From the NCBI GenBank assembly GCA_034530875.2, contig JAVRCJ020000006.1, forward strand, positions 64,001 to 128,000: 64,000 nucleotides of DNA. The letters are read 5' to 3'. The translations under genes and the position numbers were made by a program. The DNA comes from Nostoc sp. DedSLP01 (GTDB lineage: Bacteria; Cyanobacteriota; Cyanobacteriia; Cyanobacteriales; Nostocaceae). The stretch's first letter is position 1. Each line of letters begins with the position of its first letter. The notes beneath the pieces were generated by a model that had not been told where the DNA came from, did no database searches, and saw only the letters and a program-made list of their open reading frames with translations. Below, piece by piece: positions 41,536 to 51,389 of the stretch.

Positions 41536-41600
41536 GCTTGTGAATTTTCCTGAAATTATTAAGCTTGTGTCTCAAATACTCCTGAATTCTGACTTCTCAC

Positions 41601-42680
41601 TTATTTATTTTTCACTTGACTCTTTGCCTGTTCTAAAGCTATTTCTTTCATTGCTTGATATGAGTTGACATTGGAATTACCTTCAATAGCTTTAACTGCC
41701 AAATCCTGAACTTGTTTGAGGGCTGATTCAAGTTGTTTAGAAAGATTTTGAATGCGTGTCTCTTGGTTGGTAATAGTCTGTTCTAGAGATTGCAGCCTTT
41801 GTTCGTAAAAGCGCTTTTGCCCTTCTACTTCTTTAGAATATAAATCCGATTTGATTTTAGCTTGATAGTGGGCAATTCCTTTGCCTTCTTCTGTAGCTTT
41901 TTTAATAGCTGCTTCTTTTTCTTTGGGAAAAGCCTCTACTTTAGCTTTCAATTCTTCAAATTGTTTCTCTCTTTCATAAATTGCTTTTTCCCGTTCAGCC
42001 CACTGTTTTTCTGTTTTTTGGAGTAATTCCTCTAACTGTTTATATAATGCTTTCTGTCTTTGTTCGTATTCGTCATTATCTAATTGCCGTTGCAATTCTA
42101 AATTATACTTGTACTCTGTTACATCGCGTTGCCGAGTTTTATTTAGGCTTTCATTTCGTTCTTTTATCGCCCGTTGATGTTCTTCTTGTTCTTTTACCCA
42201 AGTATTTCTTTCATCTAGTACTTCTTGCAATAAAACTTCCGATCGCTGACTATATTCTTCCTGATAAGCTTTAGAATTATCTTCATAACTTTGGATCAGA
42301 GTATCTAATATACCCTCAGACATTTCTAAATTATGTAACTGTTTTAATTGTTGAATCTCTTCCTCTAAAGTTTGCCTAATTTCTTCTAATTTAGAAGCTT
42401 TAGTTGTCAGTTGTTCTGATAATTCATTAGCAGCACTCCCAAAGCCTAATTGAATTTTTGCTAAGCTTTCAATTGTATTATTCATCTTTTGCTGGACGCT
42501 AGAAAGCTGATTCATAGGTGCTTTTTGTTCTAGTTTAGGCTGTTCCTTACTTATAGACTGACTTTCTTTCACAACTTTATCAAGTTGGGATTTCAGGGCT
42601 GCTTGTTCTTTAACTAACTCCTCATACGCCTGAAGAATTTCCACTTTAGTATTCTTCTCAGTCGGTTTTTTCACCACCAC
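41601..42680 (-). CDS. zacK: Coiled-coil-rich protein, probable ZacK (Alr4505) orthologue
   Basis: Heptad-rich, paralogous to the upstream gene (C-terminal QVQDLAVKAI vs QAQDLALRAF); name rests on recalled synteny with sphR in Anabaena PCC 7120. Confidence 0.65.
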   Translation of the reverse strand: MVVKKPTEKNTKVEILQAYEELVKEQAALKSQLDKVVKESQSISKEQPKLEQKAPMNQLSSVQQKMNNTIESLAKIQLGFGSAANELSEQLTTKASKLEEIRQTLEEEIQQLKQLHNLEMSEGILDTLIQSYEDNSKAYQEEYSQRSEVLLQEVLDERNTWVKEQEEHQRAIKERNESLNKTRQRDVTEYKYNLELQRQLDNDEYEQRQKALYKQLEELLQKTEKQWAEREKAIYEREKQFEELKAKVEAFPKEKEAAIKKATEEGKGIAHYQAKIKSDLYSKEVEGQKRFYEQRLQSLEQTITNQETRIQNLSKQLESALKQVQDLAVKAIEGNSNVNSYQAMKEIALEQAKSQVKNK

Positions 42681-42743
42681 AACAACCTCCTCTTGAGGAA
42701 TTGAAAATTTAAATTGATTGAGATGCTACCTACAGACTGATAA

Positions 42744-43727
42744 CTATTTAGGATTGGAAGTCCCAAAAGCCCTCAGAGCTAAGTCTTGTGCTTGTTTCAA
42801 TGCAGTTTGTAATTGAGCAGAAATACCTTCTATTTGCTCGTTTTGTTTCTTGATTGTGTCTTCCAGAGATTGAATCTTTAATTCATAGCTCTGTTTGTTA
42901 GATTCCCATTCTTTCTCAAATAAATCAGCCTCAATTTTGGCTTTTTGGCTGGTTTCTTTAATTGCTTCTTCTCTTGCTTTCTTAACGGCTTCTTCCAATT
43001 CGTTAGGAAAGGTAGCTACTTTTTGTTGATAATCTGCAAATAGCGGCTGATGTTGAGTAAGTACTTTTTCTCGTTCTGTCCAGTCTTTCTCTTTCTTTTG
43101 AGAAGTTTCTTGGATTTCTCTTTCTTGTTGACGCTTGATTGCTTCGTAGCTGTCTGTATTAAGTTTACGAGTTGTTTCTAATTTATATTGATATTCTTCT
43201 TCTTCTTGCTGCCGTTCTTTAACTAATAAATCATTATATGCTTTGACTTTTTCTTCATACTCTGATTGGTCTTTCTGCCATTCTTTACGCCTCAGAGCAA
43301 TTTCTTTTTCTAGAGCTTCTTTTTTACTAATACTATCTTGTTCTAGAGTTTTAAGTTTTTCTTGGTGTTCTTGACTTAAAACATCTAAAGTATCGGCAAC
43401 AACTCGAATTTGCTGAAGCTCTTGTAGGCGTTGAGTTTCAATTTCTATTGCTTGGTTGAGTTCATCTAATTTAGAGTTTTCCTGCGCTAATTTTTCAGAT
43501 AATGCATTAACAATACTACCAAACTCTAATTGTAGATCGGCTAAACCCTTAATTATACTATCAACCGTATATGTCGAAGCTGCTTGCAGAATGTTTTGAC
43601 TTTTTGCCTTTTCTGCTTCCTCTTGTTTAGTTGCGATTTTAAATTCCAGCTTTTTCCTCTGGATTAGAATTTGTTGAAATGCTTGCATTAGTTGTTGTTT
43701 GCTGTCCTTGACTCCAACTGTAGTCAT
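42744..43727 (-). CDS. zicK: Coiled-coil-rich protein, probable ZicK (Alr4504) orthologue
   Basis: Heptad-rich, divergent from sphR; ATG 43727 preceded by GGAG; name rests on recalled synteny. Confidence 0.65.
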   Translation of the reverse strand: MTTVGVKDSKQQLMQAFQQILIQRKKLEFKIATKQEEAEKAKSQNILQAASTYTVDSIIKGLADLQLEFGSIVNALSEKLAQENSKLDELNQAIEIETQRLQELQQIRVVADTLDVLSQEHQEKLKTLEQDSISKKEALEKEIALRRKEWQKDQSEYEEKVKAYNDLLVKERQQEEEEYQYKLETTRKLNTDSYEAIKRQQEREIQETSQKKEKDWTEREKVLTQHQPLFADYQQKVATFPNELEEAVKKAREEAIKETSQKAKIEADLFEKEWESNKQSYELKIQSLEDTIKKQNEQIEGISAQLQTALKQAQDLALRAFGTSNPK

Positions 43728-44194
43728 ATTCCAACTCCGTTCTATAGGCAATAATTTATCGGGTAGCAAGCCATACCAATGACTACCCTATGCAGACATC
43801 AGAGTAGCCTTTACATCGTATTTTTAACGCAGTGTAAACACTGAAATAATTAACAAGCGACACCAAGGTTAGTACGAGTTATCCACATTTGTGTCTTTGT
43901 GTTTTCTAAGTGTATTTTTCGCTTTTGCTTTATAGTATTTTTGTACTAATAAATATACCGAAGCCAATTTATTCTTGTCAAGACAAAAATGAAGCGATTT
44001 ATCAAAATGCTATTGGTAGCTTGCAGCCACAGCGTTTTATAATCTTTTAGATAGGCCGCTGTGGCGAATGTAACTTTTTGTAAAGGAAATCTAAAAGAAT
44101 TAACCCTAGTAGAAGCGCGGTTACACTCAAGGGAGATAATAGATAGAGATCATCCTAATTGATACAAGCACAGTCCTAGACTTTTGTGATATCA

Positions 44195-44947
44195 ATGTAT
44201 ACCAGTGAATCGACCAAGTATTCTGCCAGAACGGACATTGGACAAACCAGCCGAATTCTTGTAGTAGAAGATGAAGAGCTAATCCAGGAAATGCTTGCTG
44301 TAGCCCTCGAAGAAGAGGGTTTCGGGGTGATAACGGCCCCTGATGGGCGGTCTGCTGTAGAGTATCTCAAAAGTTTTGAAACCAACTCAGGGGAACTTCC
44401 CTTTGACTTGGTTATCCTTGATTTGATGTTGCCTCAGATCAATGGTTTAGATATTTGCCGTTTGATACGTCATCAAGGAAACCCAGTACCGATTTTAATG
44501 CTCAGTGCTAAGGGTAGTGAAACTGACCGAGTTTTAGGTTTGGAAGTAGGAGCAGATGACTACTTAACCAAACCCTTTAGTATGCGCGAGTTAGTGGCTC
44601 GCTGTCGGGCTTTACTTAGGCGTCAACGCTTAAGTACTTTGCCACAGTTACCAGTACTAAAATTCAAGGAGGTGACCTTAAATCCCCAAGAATGTCGCGT
44701 GCTGGTTCGCGGTCAAGAGGTGAGTCTTTCTCCTAAGGAGTTTCGTCTGCTGGAACTGTTTATGAGTTATGCCCGTAGGGTGTGGTCGCGGGAACAATTG
44801 CTAGACCAAGTTTGGGGCCCTGATTTTGTGGGGGATAGTAAAACCGTAGACGTTCACATCCGTTGGTTGCGGGAAAAATTAGAGCAAGACCCCAGCCATC
44901 CGGAATATATTGTGACTGTACGAGGTTTTGGCTATAGGTTTGGATAA
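44195..44947 (+). CDS. sphR: Phosphate regulon response regulator (OmpR/PhoB family)
   Basis: VVEDE, LDLMLP, GADDYLTKPF, KTVDVHIRWLREKLE, TVRGFGYRF; clustered with the kinase and phoU. Confidence 0.88.
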   Translation: MYTSESTKYSARTDIGQTSRILVVEDEELIQEMLAVALEEEGFGVITAPDGRSAVEYLKSFETNSGELPFDLVILDLMLPQINGLDICRLIRHQGNPVPILMLSAKGSETDRVLGLEVGADDYLTKPFSMRELVARCRALLRRQRLSTLPQLPVLKFKEVTLNPQECRVLVRGQEVSLSPKEFRLLELFMSYARRVWSREQLLDQVWGPDFVGDSKTVDVHIRWLREKLEQDPSHPEYIVTVRGFGYRFG

Positions 44948-45000
44948 TTAGTTGAGATAGTTGTTAGTTTTGAGTAATCACAAAAAAACTAACGACTCAA

Positions 45001-46323
45001 ATGCTTTTATTGGGATTTTTTCTGGGTTTAGCGGTAGGCATTGGGTTTTGGGTTTGGCAACAGGTTCAACTTAACCGCTACCTGAAACGCTTACTCCAAC
45101 CGTTAACCCCGCATTCTTACAAAGTGGGACTGCTGCTGATTCCTGGGTTACGGCAGGAAATTATGCTCTTGAGGCAGCAGCGACAAGATTTGCAACAATC
45201 GCTGCAAGCTTACCAAGAGGTGCTAGAGTTTGCACCAGTAGGATATTTGCAGGTAGATGAAGAAAATCAACTGTTGTGGTGCAATCAGCAGGCGCAAGAA
45301 ATTTTATATCTGCAAAGGTGGCAACCGGGACAGGTGCGCTTGTTGTTGGAGTTGGTACGGTCTTACGAACTAGATAATTTAATTGAAAAAACTCGCGATC
45401 GCCAAAAACCACAAACTAAGGAGTGGGTATTTCACCCATCTTGCGATAATGCGGTAGAAATGCCGACAATAAAATCTTTGACTTTACGGGCGTCTAGCTT
45501 GCCTTTACCTAACGGGCAAGTAGGCGTATTTTTAGAAAATCGTCAACCCCTATTAGATGTAAATCAAGCACGCGATCGCTCTTTTTCCGATTTAGCACAC
45601 GAACTCAGAACGCCCTTGACTTCGATTCGCTTGGTTGTAGAAACTTTACAAAACCGTTTGGAACCACCTTTAAATCGCTGGGTTAACCGCCTGATGCAAG
45701 AAGTCGATCGGCTAATTAGTTTGGTGCAAAGCTGGTTAGAACTCACGCAAATGGAAAGCAATCCCAACATGCAATTGCAAACCGAAGCTGTGGAATTGCG
45801 ATCGCTAATTACATCTGTTTGGGAAAGTCTAGAACCTTTAGCACAGCGACAACATCTGTCTTTAACTTATTCTGGGCCAGAAAATCTCTGGATTAAGGCA
45901 GATCCAGCCCGAATTTATCAAGTTTTTCTGAATTTGCTGGACAACAGCATTAAATATAGTCTTCCTTCTACTTCCATTCGCATCCAGGCAAAAATTTTAT
46001 CAACAGATAATAATGAGGGCAATGATACGCCATCTCTCGAAATAAATCTTATTGATTGTGGAGTCGGCTTTTCCCAAGCAGATTTACCCCATGTTTTCGA
46101 GCGATTTTATCGGGGAGATAAAGCCAGAACTCATTCCCCGCAGGATAATAATTCAGTAGGGGCGATCGTTGGCAATGGTTTAGGTTTGGCGATCGTTCAA
46201 CAAATTCTTTTGGCTCACGGTGGTTCAATTAAAGCAATGAACCATCCAGAAACTGGTGGAGCATGGATGCAAATTCTATTTCCGGAAGTAATGGCAAACT
46301 GTGTAAGCCAAGACTATAGTTAA
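45001..46323 (+). CDS. sphS: Phosphate regulon sensor histidine kinase
   Basis: N-terminal TM, PAS-like region, AHELRTPLT, NLLDNSIKY, GLGLAIV. Confidence 0.88.
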   Translation: MLLLGFFLGLAVGIGFWVWQQVQLNRYLKRLLQPLTPHSYKVGLLLIPGLRQEIMLLRQQRQDLQQSLQAYQEVLEFAPVGYLQVDEENQLLWCNQQAQEILYLQRWQPGQVRLLLELVRSYELDNLIEKTRDRQKPQTKEWVFHPSCDNAVEMPTIKSLTLRASSLPLPNGQVGVFLENRQPLLDVNQARDRSFSDLAHELRTPLTSIRLVVETLQNRLEPPLNRWVNRLMQEVDRLISLVQSWLELTQMESNPNMQLQTEAVELRSLITSVWESLEPLAQRQHLSLTYSGPENLWIKADPARIYQVFLNLLDNSIKYSLPSTSIRIQAKILSTDNNEGNDTPSLEINLIDCGVGFSQADLPHVFERFYRGDKARTHSPQDNNSVGAIVGNGLGLAIVQQILLAHGGSIKAMNHPETGGAWMQILFPEVMANCVSQDYS

Positions 46324-46351
46324 AAATATCTAGACGTTTGAGATTATAGGT

Positions 46352-47020
46352 GTGGAAGTTGTTCGTTACAGCCCCAATTCTCAGAAACCCCAACTAGCAC
46401 GCGGTATTAGGCGTCTAGAACGGGATGTATTGCGCATGGGAGCTTTGGTGGAACAATCATTTCGCCTCAGCCACCAAGCGTTATTTGCGCGTAATTTAGC
46501 AGCAGCTGAGGAACTTCCCCGATTAGATAAAAAAATCGATCGCTTTTACAGACAAATAGAATCAGATTGTACGGCGATTATGACGCTGCAATCGCCAACA
46601 GCGCAAGATTTGCGTTGCTTGAGTGCTTTTATGCAACTGGTGCGAGACTTAGAGCGCATTGGTGATTATGCTAAAGATTTAGCTGAAATTGCCATTAAAA
46701 TCTTTCCTTATGCACCTCATACGTCTTTACCAGACATTGAAGTAATGTCCCATCACGCTCAGGCAATGTTAGCTACTAGCTTAGTGGCTTTAGCTGATTT
46801 TGATGAAGCAGGTGGGCGCGGTTTAAAGCACCTCGACGATACTGTAGACGATGCCTACGATCGCGTTTATCAAACTTTAGCCCAACAACGCGATGTGCCA
46901 GGCGTCGTCGAGCCAATTGTACTGCTGGCACTGGCGATTCGTTGTCTAGAACGCATGGCAGACCATGCAACTAATATCGGACAAAGAGTAGCATATATTG
47001 TCACTGGTCAACGTTCTTAA
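46352..47020 (+). CDS. phoU: Phosphate signalling protein PhoU
   Basis: PTAQDLR, DLERIGDYA, LERMADHATNI. Confidence 0.94.
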   Translation: MEVVRYSPNSQKPQLARGIRRLERDVLRMGALVEQSFRLSHQALFARNLAAAEELPRLDKKIDRFYRQIESDCTAIMTLQSPTAQDLRCLSAFMQLVRDLERIGDYAKDLAEIAIKIFPYAPHTSLPDIEVMSHHAQAMLATSLVALADFDEAGGRGLKHLDDTVDDAYDRVYQTLAQQRDVPGVVEPIVLLALAIRCLERMADHATNIGQRVAYIVTGQRS

Positions 47021-47299
47021 TTCATCTGAGGCTGCAAAAAAGGCACAGGCTAATTTAAATTAAGCCCTATTGTATAGATTTTTGTCAATGATATGGCTTT
47101 GAAATAAATATCAGAAAATTAAGTTAAATAATTCTTTTTACAAAAAGCTTACCTTTTCTTAAACTTGCACAATTAAAGTAGTAGGCAAACAGCTAGATAA
47201 ATTCTGTTTTATCTCAGTAATAGTTAGCTCAAACCAAAAGCTATTCTCATGAAAAATTTTTGATTTGCCTGCTAGTTTTTGCAATAACTTTGGCATATA

Positions 47300-47402
47300 T
47301 ATAGCAATCCTATTTAATTTGTAAAACTACTTATAGAGGGAGGGAGTAGGGAATAGGGAATGGGGAGTAGATTTATTTGTAACTCCTAACAGGATTGCTA
47401 TA
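47300..47402. mobile_element. MITE-like element
   Basis: Perfect 12-bp terminal inverted repeats TATAGCAATCCT / AGGATTGCTATA; internal STRR. Confidence 0.75.
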
Positions 47403-47529
47403 TAGGACTCATATTGATTTATGAAAAAAAATCAGTACGCCCAAACAAGGCTTCTTTTCCACTCCCTACTCCCCATTCCCTACTCCCTGTTTACGCAAAT
47501 AATTTCATGAATCAAGTCAGATTCCTATA
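47401..47529. mobile_element. Second MITE-like element abutting the first
   Basis: Ends TATAGGA...TCCTATA; internal STRR in the opposite orientation. Confidence 0.6.
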
Positions 47530-47611
47530 TAAATATCTAATCTAAAAAATATTAGATTTTTTATAATTGTCAGGTTAAATACTTCAAATAGTCTCGGTGA
47601 CTACTTTAGTG

Positions 47612-48214
47612 ATGTATTCCACAATTCTCACTCCCAACTCTTGTGCGGTGTCAAACAATCCTGCTGTAAAAGAACAGGTATCGCACTATTTCTTTACACG
47701 TAGAGAAGTAATTCCGCCTCGCAATGATGTACTTTGGCGCATTGAACGTGGTGCAGTTCGTACCCTAACTTGGGATGAAGATGGAACGTTCATTACTCTT
47801 GGTTATTGGGGGCTAGGAGATATAATTGGCAATGGTTTATCTAAAATTAGACCATATCAAATCGAATGTCTGACAAGTGTAGAAGTCAGCATTGTCCCAG
47901 TTGAATTGTGGCATCAAGATGTCAATGCTTTATTGTCTCACATTCAACAAGCCGAGCATCTATTAGGCATAGTACATCGTAAACGAATTTCCTTACGCTT
48001 ATGGCAATTTCTGCTGTGGTTAAGTGAGAAATTTGGGCGCGACATAGATAAAGGCAAGGTGATAGATATCAATATTACCCATCAGGATATTGCAGAAGTT
48101 TTAAATACAACGCGAGTAACAATAACGCGGCTGTTACAACAGTTAGAGGAAGAAGGAGTAATTTTACGTCACAAGCGTCGCATTATTTTAGTGTCACCAA
48201 AATTAAATAATTAG
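47612..48214 (+). CDS. Crp/Fnr family transcriptional regulator (CysR-like)
   Basis: IERGAVRTLTW..DG...LGYWG; HTH THQDIAEVLNTTRVTITRLL; start codon uncertain. Confidence 0.88.
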   Translation: MYSTILTPNSCAVSNNPAVKEQVSHYFFTRREVIPPRNDVLWRIERGAVRTLTWDEDGTFITLGYWGLGDIIGNGLSKIRPYQIECLTSVEVSIVPVELWHQDVNALLSHIQQAEHLLGIVHRKRISLRLWQFLLWLSEKFGRDIDKGKVIDINITHQDIAEVLNTTRVTITRLLQQLEEEGVILRHKRRIILVSPKLNN

Positions 48215-48369
48215 TAATTTGAATTCAGCAGTATATTAATTTGCTTGTATTAATCACAGAAGATAATGTATAATCGGTGCTGTGATTTTGTGTGAAATAA
48301 CCCAAAAGTAAAGTGTTTTAAGCATTTTACTATGAGTTTGGATTAATAGGTGTGAGTGAAAGTAATAAC

Positions 48370-50001
48370 ATGACAAAGCAATTCTGGAATCTTATTAAAG
48401 TTAGTCCGGCTGTTCTAGCTGCTACATTTTTCGCTGCAAATAGCGCTTTTGCAGCTGAAGTTAACGAGCAAATTACAAATGTTGCTCAGTTATCTGAAGC
48501 TCAAGAGACTAACAACATCGATCAGGTAACATCTGTTTCTCAATTTTCCGACGTTCAGCCTACAGATTGGGCATTTCAAGCTTTACAATCCTTGGTTGAG
48601 CGCTACGGTTGTATTGCAGGTTATCCCAATAGTACCTATCGCGGTAACCGTGCTTTGACTCGTTATGAATTTGCCGCAGGTTTGAATGCTTGTTTAGACC
48701 GAGTTAACGAACTGATTGCTACAGCTACTGCTGACTTGGTAAGCAAACAAGACTTAGCTACCTTACAGCGCTTACAAGAAGAATTTTCTGCTGAATTAGC
48801 AACCTTGCGTGGTCGTGTAGATGCCCTAGAAGCTCGCACTGCTGAATTAGAAGCCAATCAGTTCTCTACCACCACCAAGCTAGTTGGGGAAGCAATTTTC
48901 AACGTATCTCAAGCTTTTGGCGATACAAGAGCAGTTGCAGCCGGCGATCCAACTCAAGACTTAGATGCCAACACCACTTTTGATGACCGGGTTCGTTTGA
49001 ACTTGTACAGCAGCTTTTATGGTACAGATCAGTTGCAAATCCGGATGAATGCTGGCAACATCATCTCTAACGCCGGTGTAACTGGTACTAACATGACCCG
49101 GCTGGGCTATGACGGTAATAGCGGCAACTCTGTTGTGTTCGATAAAATCAACTATGCATTCAACTTCAGCGATGCAGTACGCGTTAAAGTTGATGCTACT
49201 GGTGCTGAATTGTACGAAAACGTTAATACCTTCAACCCTGACTTTGCTAGTTCTGGTAGAGGTGCGCTCTCTCGGTACGGACGTTTCAGCCCCATCTATC
49301 GCCAAGGTCAAGGTGGTGCTGGTTTGACTGTTACTTTCAACCCTAACGGGCCGATCAGTTTGAGTGGTGCTTATTTAGCTAGAACTGCTAACGACCCTGC
49401 TGTTAATAGCGGTGTGTTCAATGGTGATAGCGTTATCTTTGGTCAGTTAAGTTTCAAACCTAACAAAGCGTTTAATATTGGTCTAAGCTACGCCCGTACT
49501 TATCAAACTGATACTATTGCTAACAACCTTTTCCAAGGTACAGGTAGTACTTTTGCTAACAGTCCTTTTGGAGCTGGCACTCGTACTCTATCCAACAACT
49601 ATGGTGTAGAGGCTACTTTCCAATTCAGCCCTAAATTGGCTCTGAGTGGTTGGGGAGGTTATACAACTGCTGATGCTAAAACTGGCCCTAATGCCGGTAC
49701 AGATGCAGATTTTTGGTACTGGGCTGGAGCGCTTGCTTTGAGAGACTTTGGTGGAGAAGGCAATGTCTTAGGAGTTATCTTTGGTCAATCACCTAGAGTC
49801 ACTGATGGTAGCATCAAAGATGTTGCAGCCAACGTTGGTTTAGACGATGATACCTCTTATCACTTAGAAGGTCTTTACAAGTTCAAGGTTTCTGACAACC
49901 TGCAAATCACTCCTGGTGTGTTGGTAATCTTCAATCCAGAACACAACGATGCTAACGACAACATTTATGTAGGTACCCTGCGTACTACCTTCACCTTCTA
50001 A
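48370..50001 (+). CDS. SLH-domain cyanobacterial porin (SomA/OprB family)
   Basis: SLH FSDVQPTDWAFQAL..LVERYGCIAGYP..TRYEFAAGL, coiled coil, FSTTTKL, C-terminal LRTTFTF. Confidence 0.93.
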   Translation: MTKQFWNLIKVSPAVLAATFFAANSAFAAEVNEQITNVAQLSEAQETNNIDQVTSVSQFSDVQPTDWAFQALQSLVERYGCIAGYPNSTYRGNRALTRYEFAAGLNACLDRVNELIATATADLVSKQDLATLQRLQEEFSAELATLRGRVDALEARTAELEANQFSTTTKLVGEAIFNVSQAFGDTRAVAAGDPTQDLDANTTFDDRVRLNLYSSFYGTDQLQIRMNAGNIISNAGVTGTNMTRLGYDGNSGNSVVFDKINYAFNFSDAVRVKVDATGAELYENVNTFNPDFASSGRGALSRYGRFSPIYRQGQGGAGLTVTFNPNGPISLSGAYLARTANDPAVNSGVFNGDSVIFGQLSFKPNKAFNIGLSYARTYQTDTIANNLFQGTGSTFANSPFGAGTRTLSNNYGVEATFQFSPKLALSGWGGYTTADAKTGPNAGTDADFWYWAGALALRDFGGEGNVLGVIFGQSPRVTDGSIKDVAANVGLDDDTSYHLEGLYKFKVSDNLQITPGVLVIFNPEHNDANDNIYVGTLRTTFTF

Positions 50002-50016
50002 AATCTGAGAATTTAA

Positions 50017-50054
50017 CTAAACAAAACCCCACCTGAAGGTGGGGTTTTGTTTAG
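50017..50054. terminator. Bidirectional intrinsic terminator
   Basis: CTAAACAAAACCCCACC-tgaa-GGTGGGGTTTTGTTTAG between convergent genes. Confidence 0.85.
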
Positions 50055-50065
50055 GAAAAAATTAG

Positions 50066-50329
50066 CTATGTAGAATTATAATCTTGAGAATTCGATCCAT
50101 CTTTTGGAGGGCGATCGCTACTCCAAGCCCACCACACACAACCACAGTGGCAATAATAGAATTCTTGCCATTTACGACGACGGTCTTCTGTCAGCACAGG
50201 CGATCGCCGATTTAACCAAACTTTTTCTGCTTCCAGGCTACTTGAGGAGCAGCTAGGACAGCAAAATTTATAAGCATGTATTGCCTGATTTGTCCATTCA
50301 GGTGGGAAGGGAGCAAAAGCGTCCATCAT
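50066..50329 (-). CDS. Small Cys-rich hypothetical protein (possible zinc ribbon)
   Basis: CPSC...CHCG, WWAWSSDRP; ATG at 50329 or 50326. Confidence 0.75.
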   Translation of the reverse strand: MMDAFAPFPPEWTNQAIHAYKFCCPSCSSSSLEAEKVWLNRRSPVLTEDRRRKWQEFYYCHCGCVWWAWSSDRPPKDGSNSQDYNST

Positions 50330-50648
50330 GAGGACAAGAAGTAGGGAGTAATAGTGGAGATTAGTGTAATTCAATCAAATGAAAAACACATTCTTAAAAA
50401 CTTAGCGATATTATTGATAATTCTTAATTTATAGAAGCTTTCACCAATAAAATACTTATTTTTAAGCATATTAACCAGAGATTACAAATCACAGGTTAAC
50501 ATAAAAAGTCTTCTCTTCAAGCTAGACCCCACAAATCTATAAAATTCTGCTTGTATAGGCGTATTACCTATCTTACTATTATCAATTATCAAAAACTTGA
50601 TATTTTAGGAACTAGTCAGTATGGACATTATGGCTAATAATTAAAATT

Positions 50649-51251
50649 ATGGAGCCAAATGCTGAAATTCGCCGTCTATTAGATGTGATGCCTGCTTCTG
50701 GCCGGATGACGACAAAAATTGTTAGCAAGCCGGAACAAGCAAAAGTGATTGACGCCTCCTTTCCTCAACCCTGGAATCAGGCGCGACCGATATACATTAA
50801 TTTCGATTTGTGGCGTCGCCTGACAAAGCCGCAAAGAGATTTGCTGCTGTTGCACGTGGTAAGCTGGTTAACGGGTGTGAAGTGGTTTAAACCCGATATT
50901 TATCAAGGTGTAGTGCTGGCTGGGTTGTTGGGTGGATTATTGGAAGCAGCACAATCAGATGTGGTGGGTGTAACCGTAGCAGGAGGCTTAAGTGCGATCG
51001 CTTTTGTTCGCATTTGGCGGACTAACAAATCTCAAGAATCAGAATTAAACGCTGATGCAGCAGCAATTCGGGTAGCACAGCGTCGCGGTTATTCAGAAGT
51101 TGAAGCCGCACAGCATTTGTTATCTGCAATTGAAGCAGTAGCCAAAATTGAAAGGCGTTCCAGTTTAAATTTTACCGAATTGATTCGTTGCCAAAACTTA
51201 CGAGCGATCGCTGGGTTGTCGCCAGTGAGTATGCCAGAAAATTATCAGTAG
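50649..51251 (+). CDS. DUF3318-like protein
   Basis: EIRRLLDVMPASGRM, INFDLW, ELIRCQNLRAIAG. Confidence 0.78.
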   Translation: MEPNAEIRRLLDVMPASGRMTTKIVSKPEQAKVIDASFPQPWNQARPIYINFDLWRRLTKPQRDLLLLHVVSWLTGVKWFKPDIYQGVVLAGLLGGLLEAAQSDVVGVTVAGGLSAIAFVRIWRTNKSQESELNADAAAIRVAQRRGYSEVEAAQHLLSAIEAVAKIERRSSLNFTELIRCQNLRAIAGLSPVSMPENYQ

Positions 51252-51389
51252 AAATGAGCCAGAAGGTAGAAGGTAAAAACTGCTCATTCAAAGAATTTCA
51301 CGGTTGAGCTTATCTTTTACAAATAATAAATAAAACCCTTTACAAACTAAGGTAAATTTGAACAAAATCAATTTAACTTTGCATTAAAA

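Noticed and set aside
41601..43727. Paralogous coiled-coil gene pair as a novel cytoskeletal or defence system
   Set aside because: Position divergent from sphR matches my recollection of alr4504/alr4505 (ZicK/ZacK), already described as heteropolymer-forming shape proteins; a BLAST check is still needed
43761..43788. GGGTAG...CTACCC hairpin upstream of the coiled-coil operon as a riboswitch
   Set aside because: Short stem with no recognisable aptamer consensus
47147..47165. Possible Pho box GCTTACCT-TTT-CTTAAACT downstream of phoU
   Set aside because: Only two imperfect 11-bp-spaced units in very AT-rich DNA; not distinguishable from chance without a matrix scan
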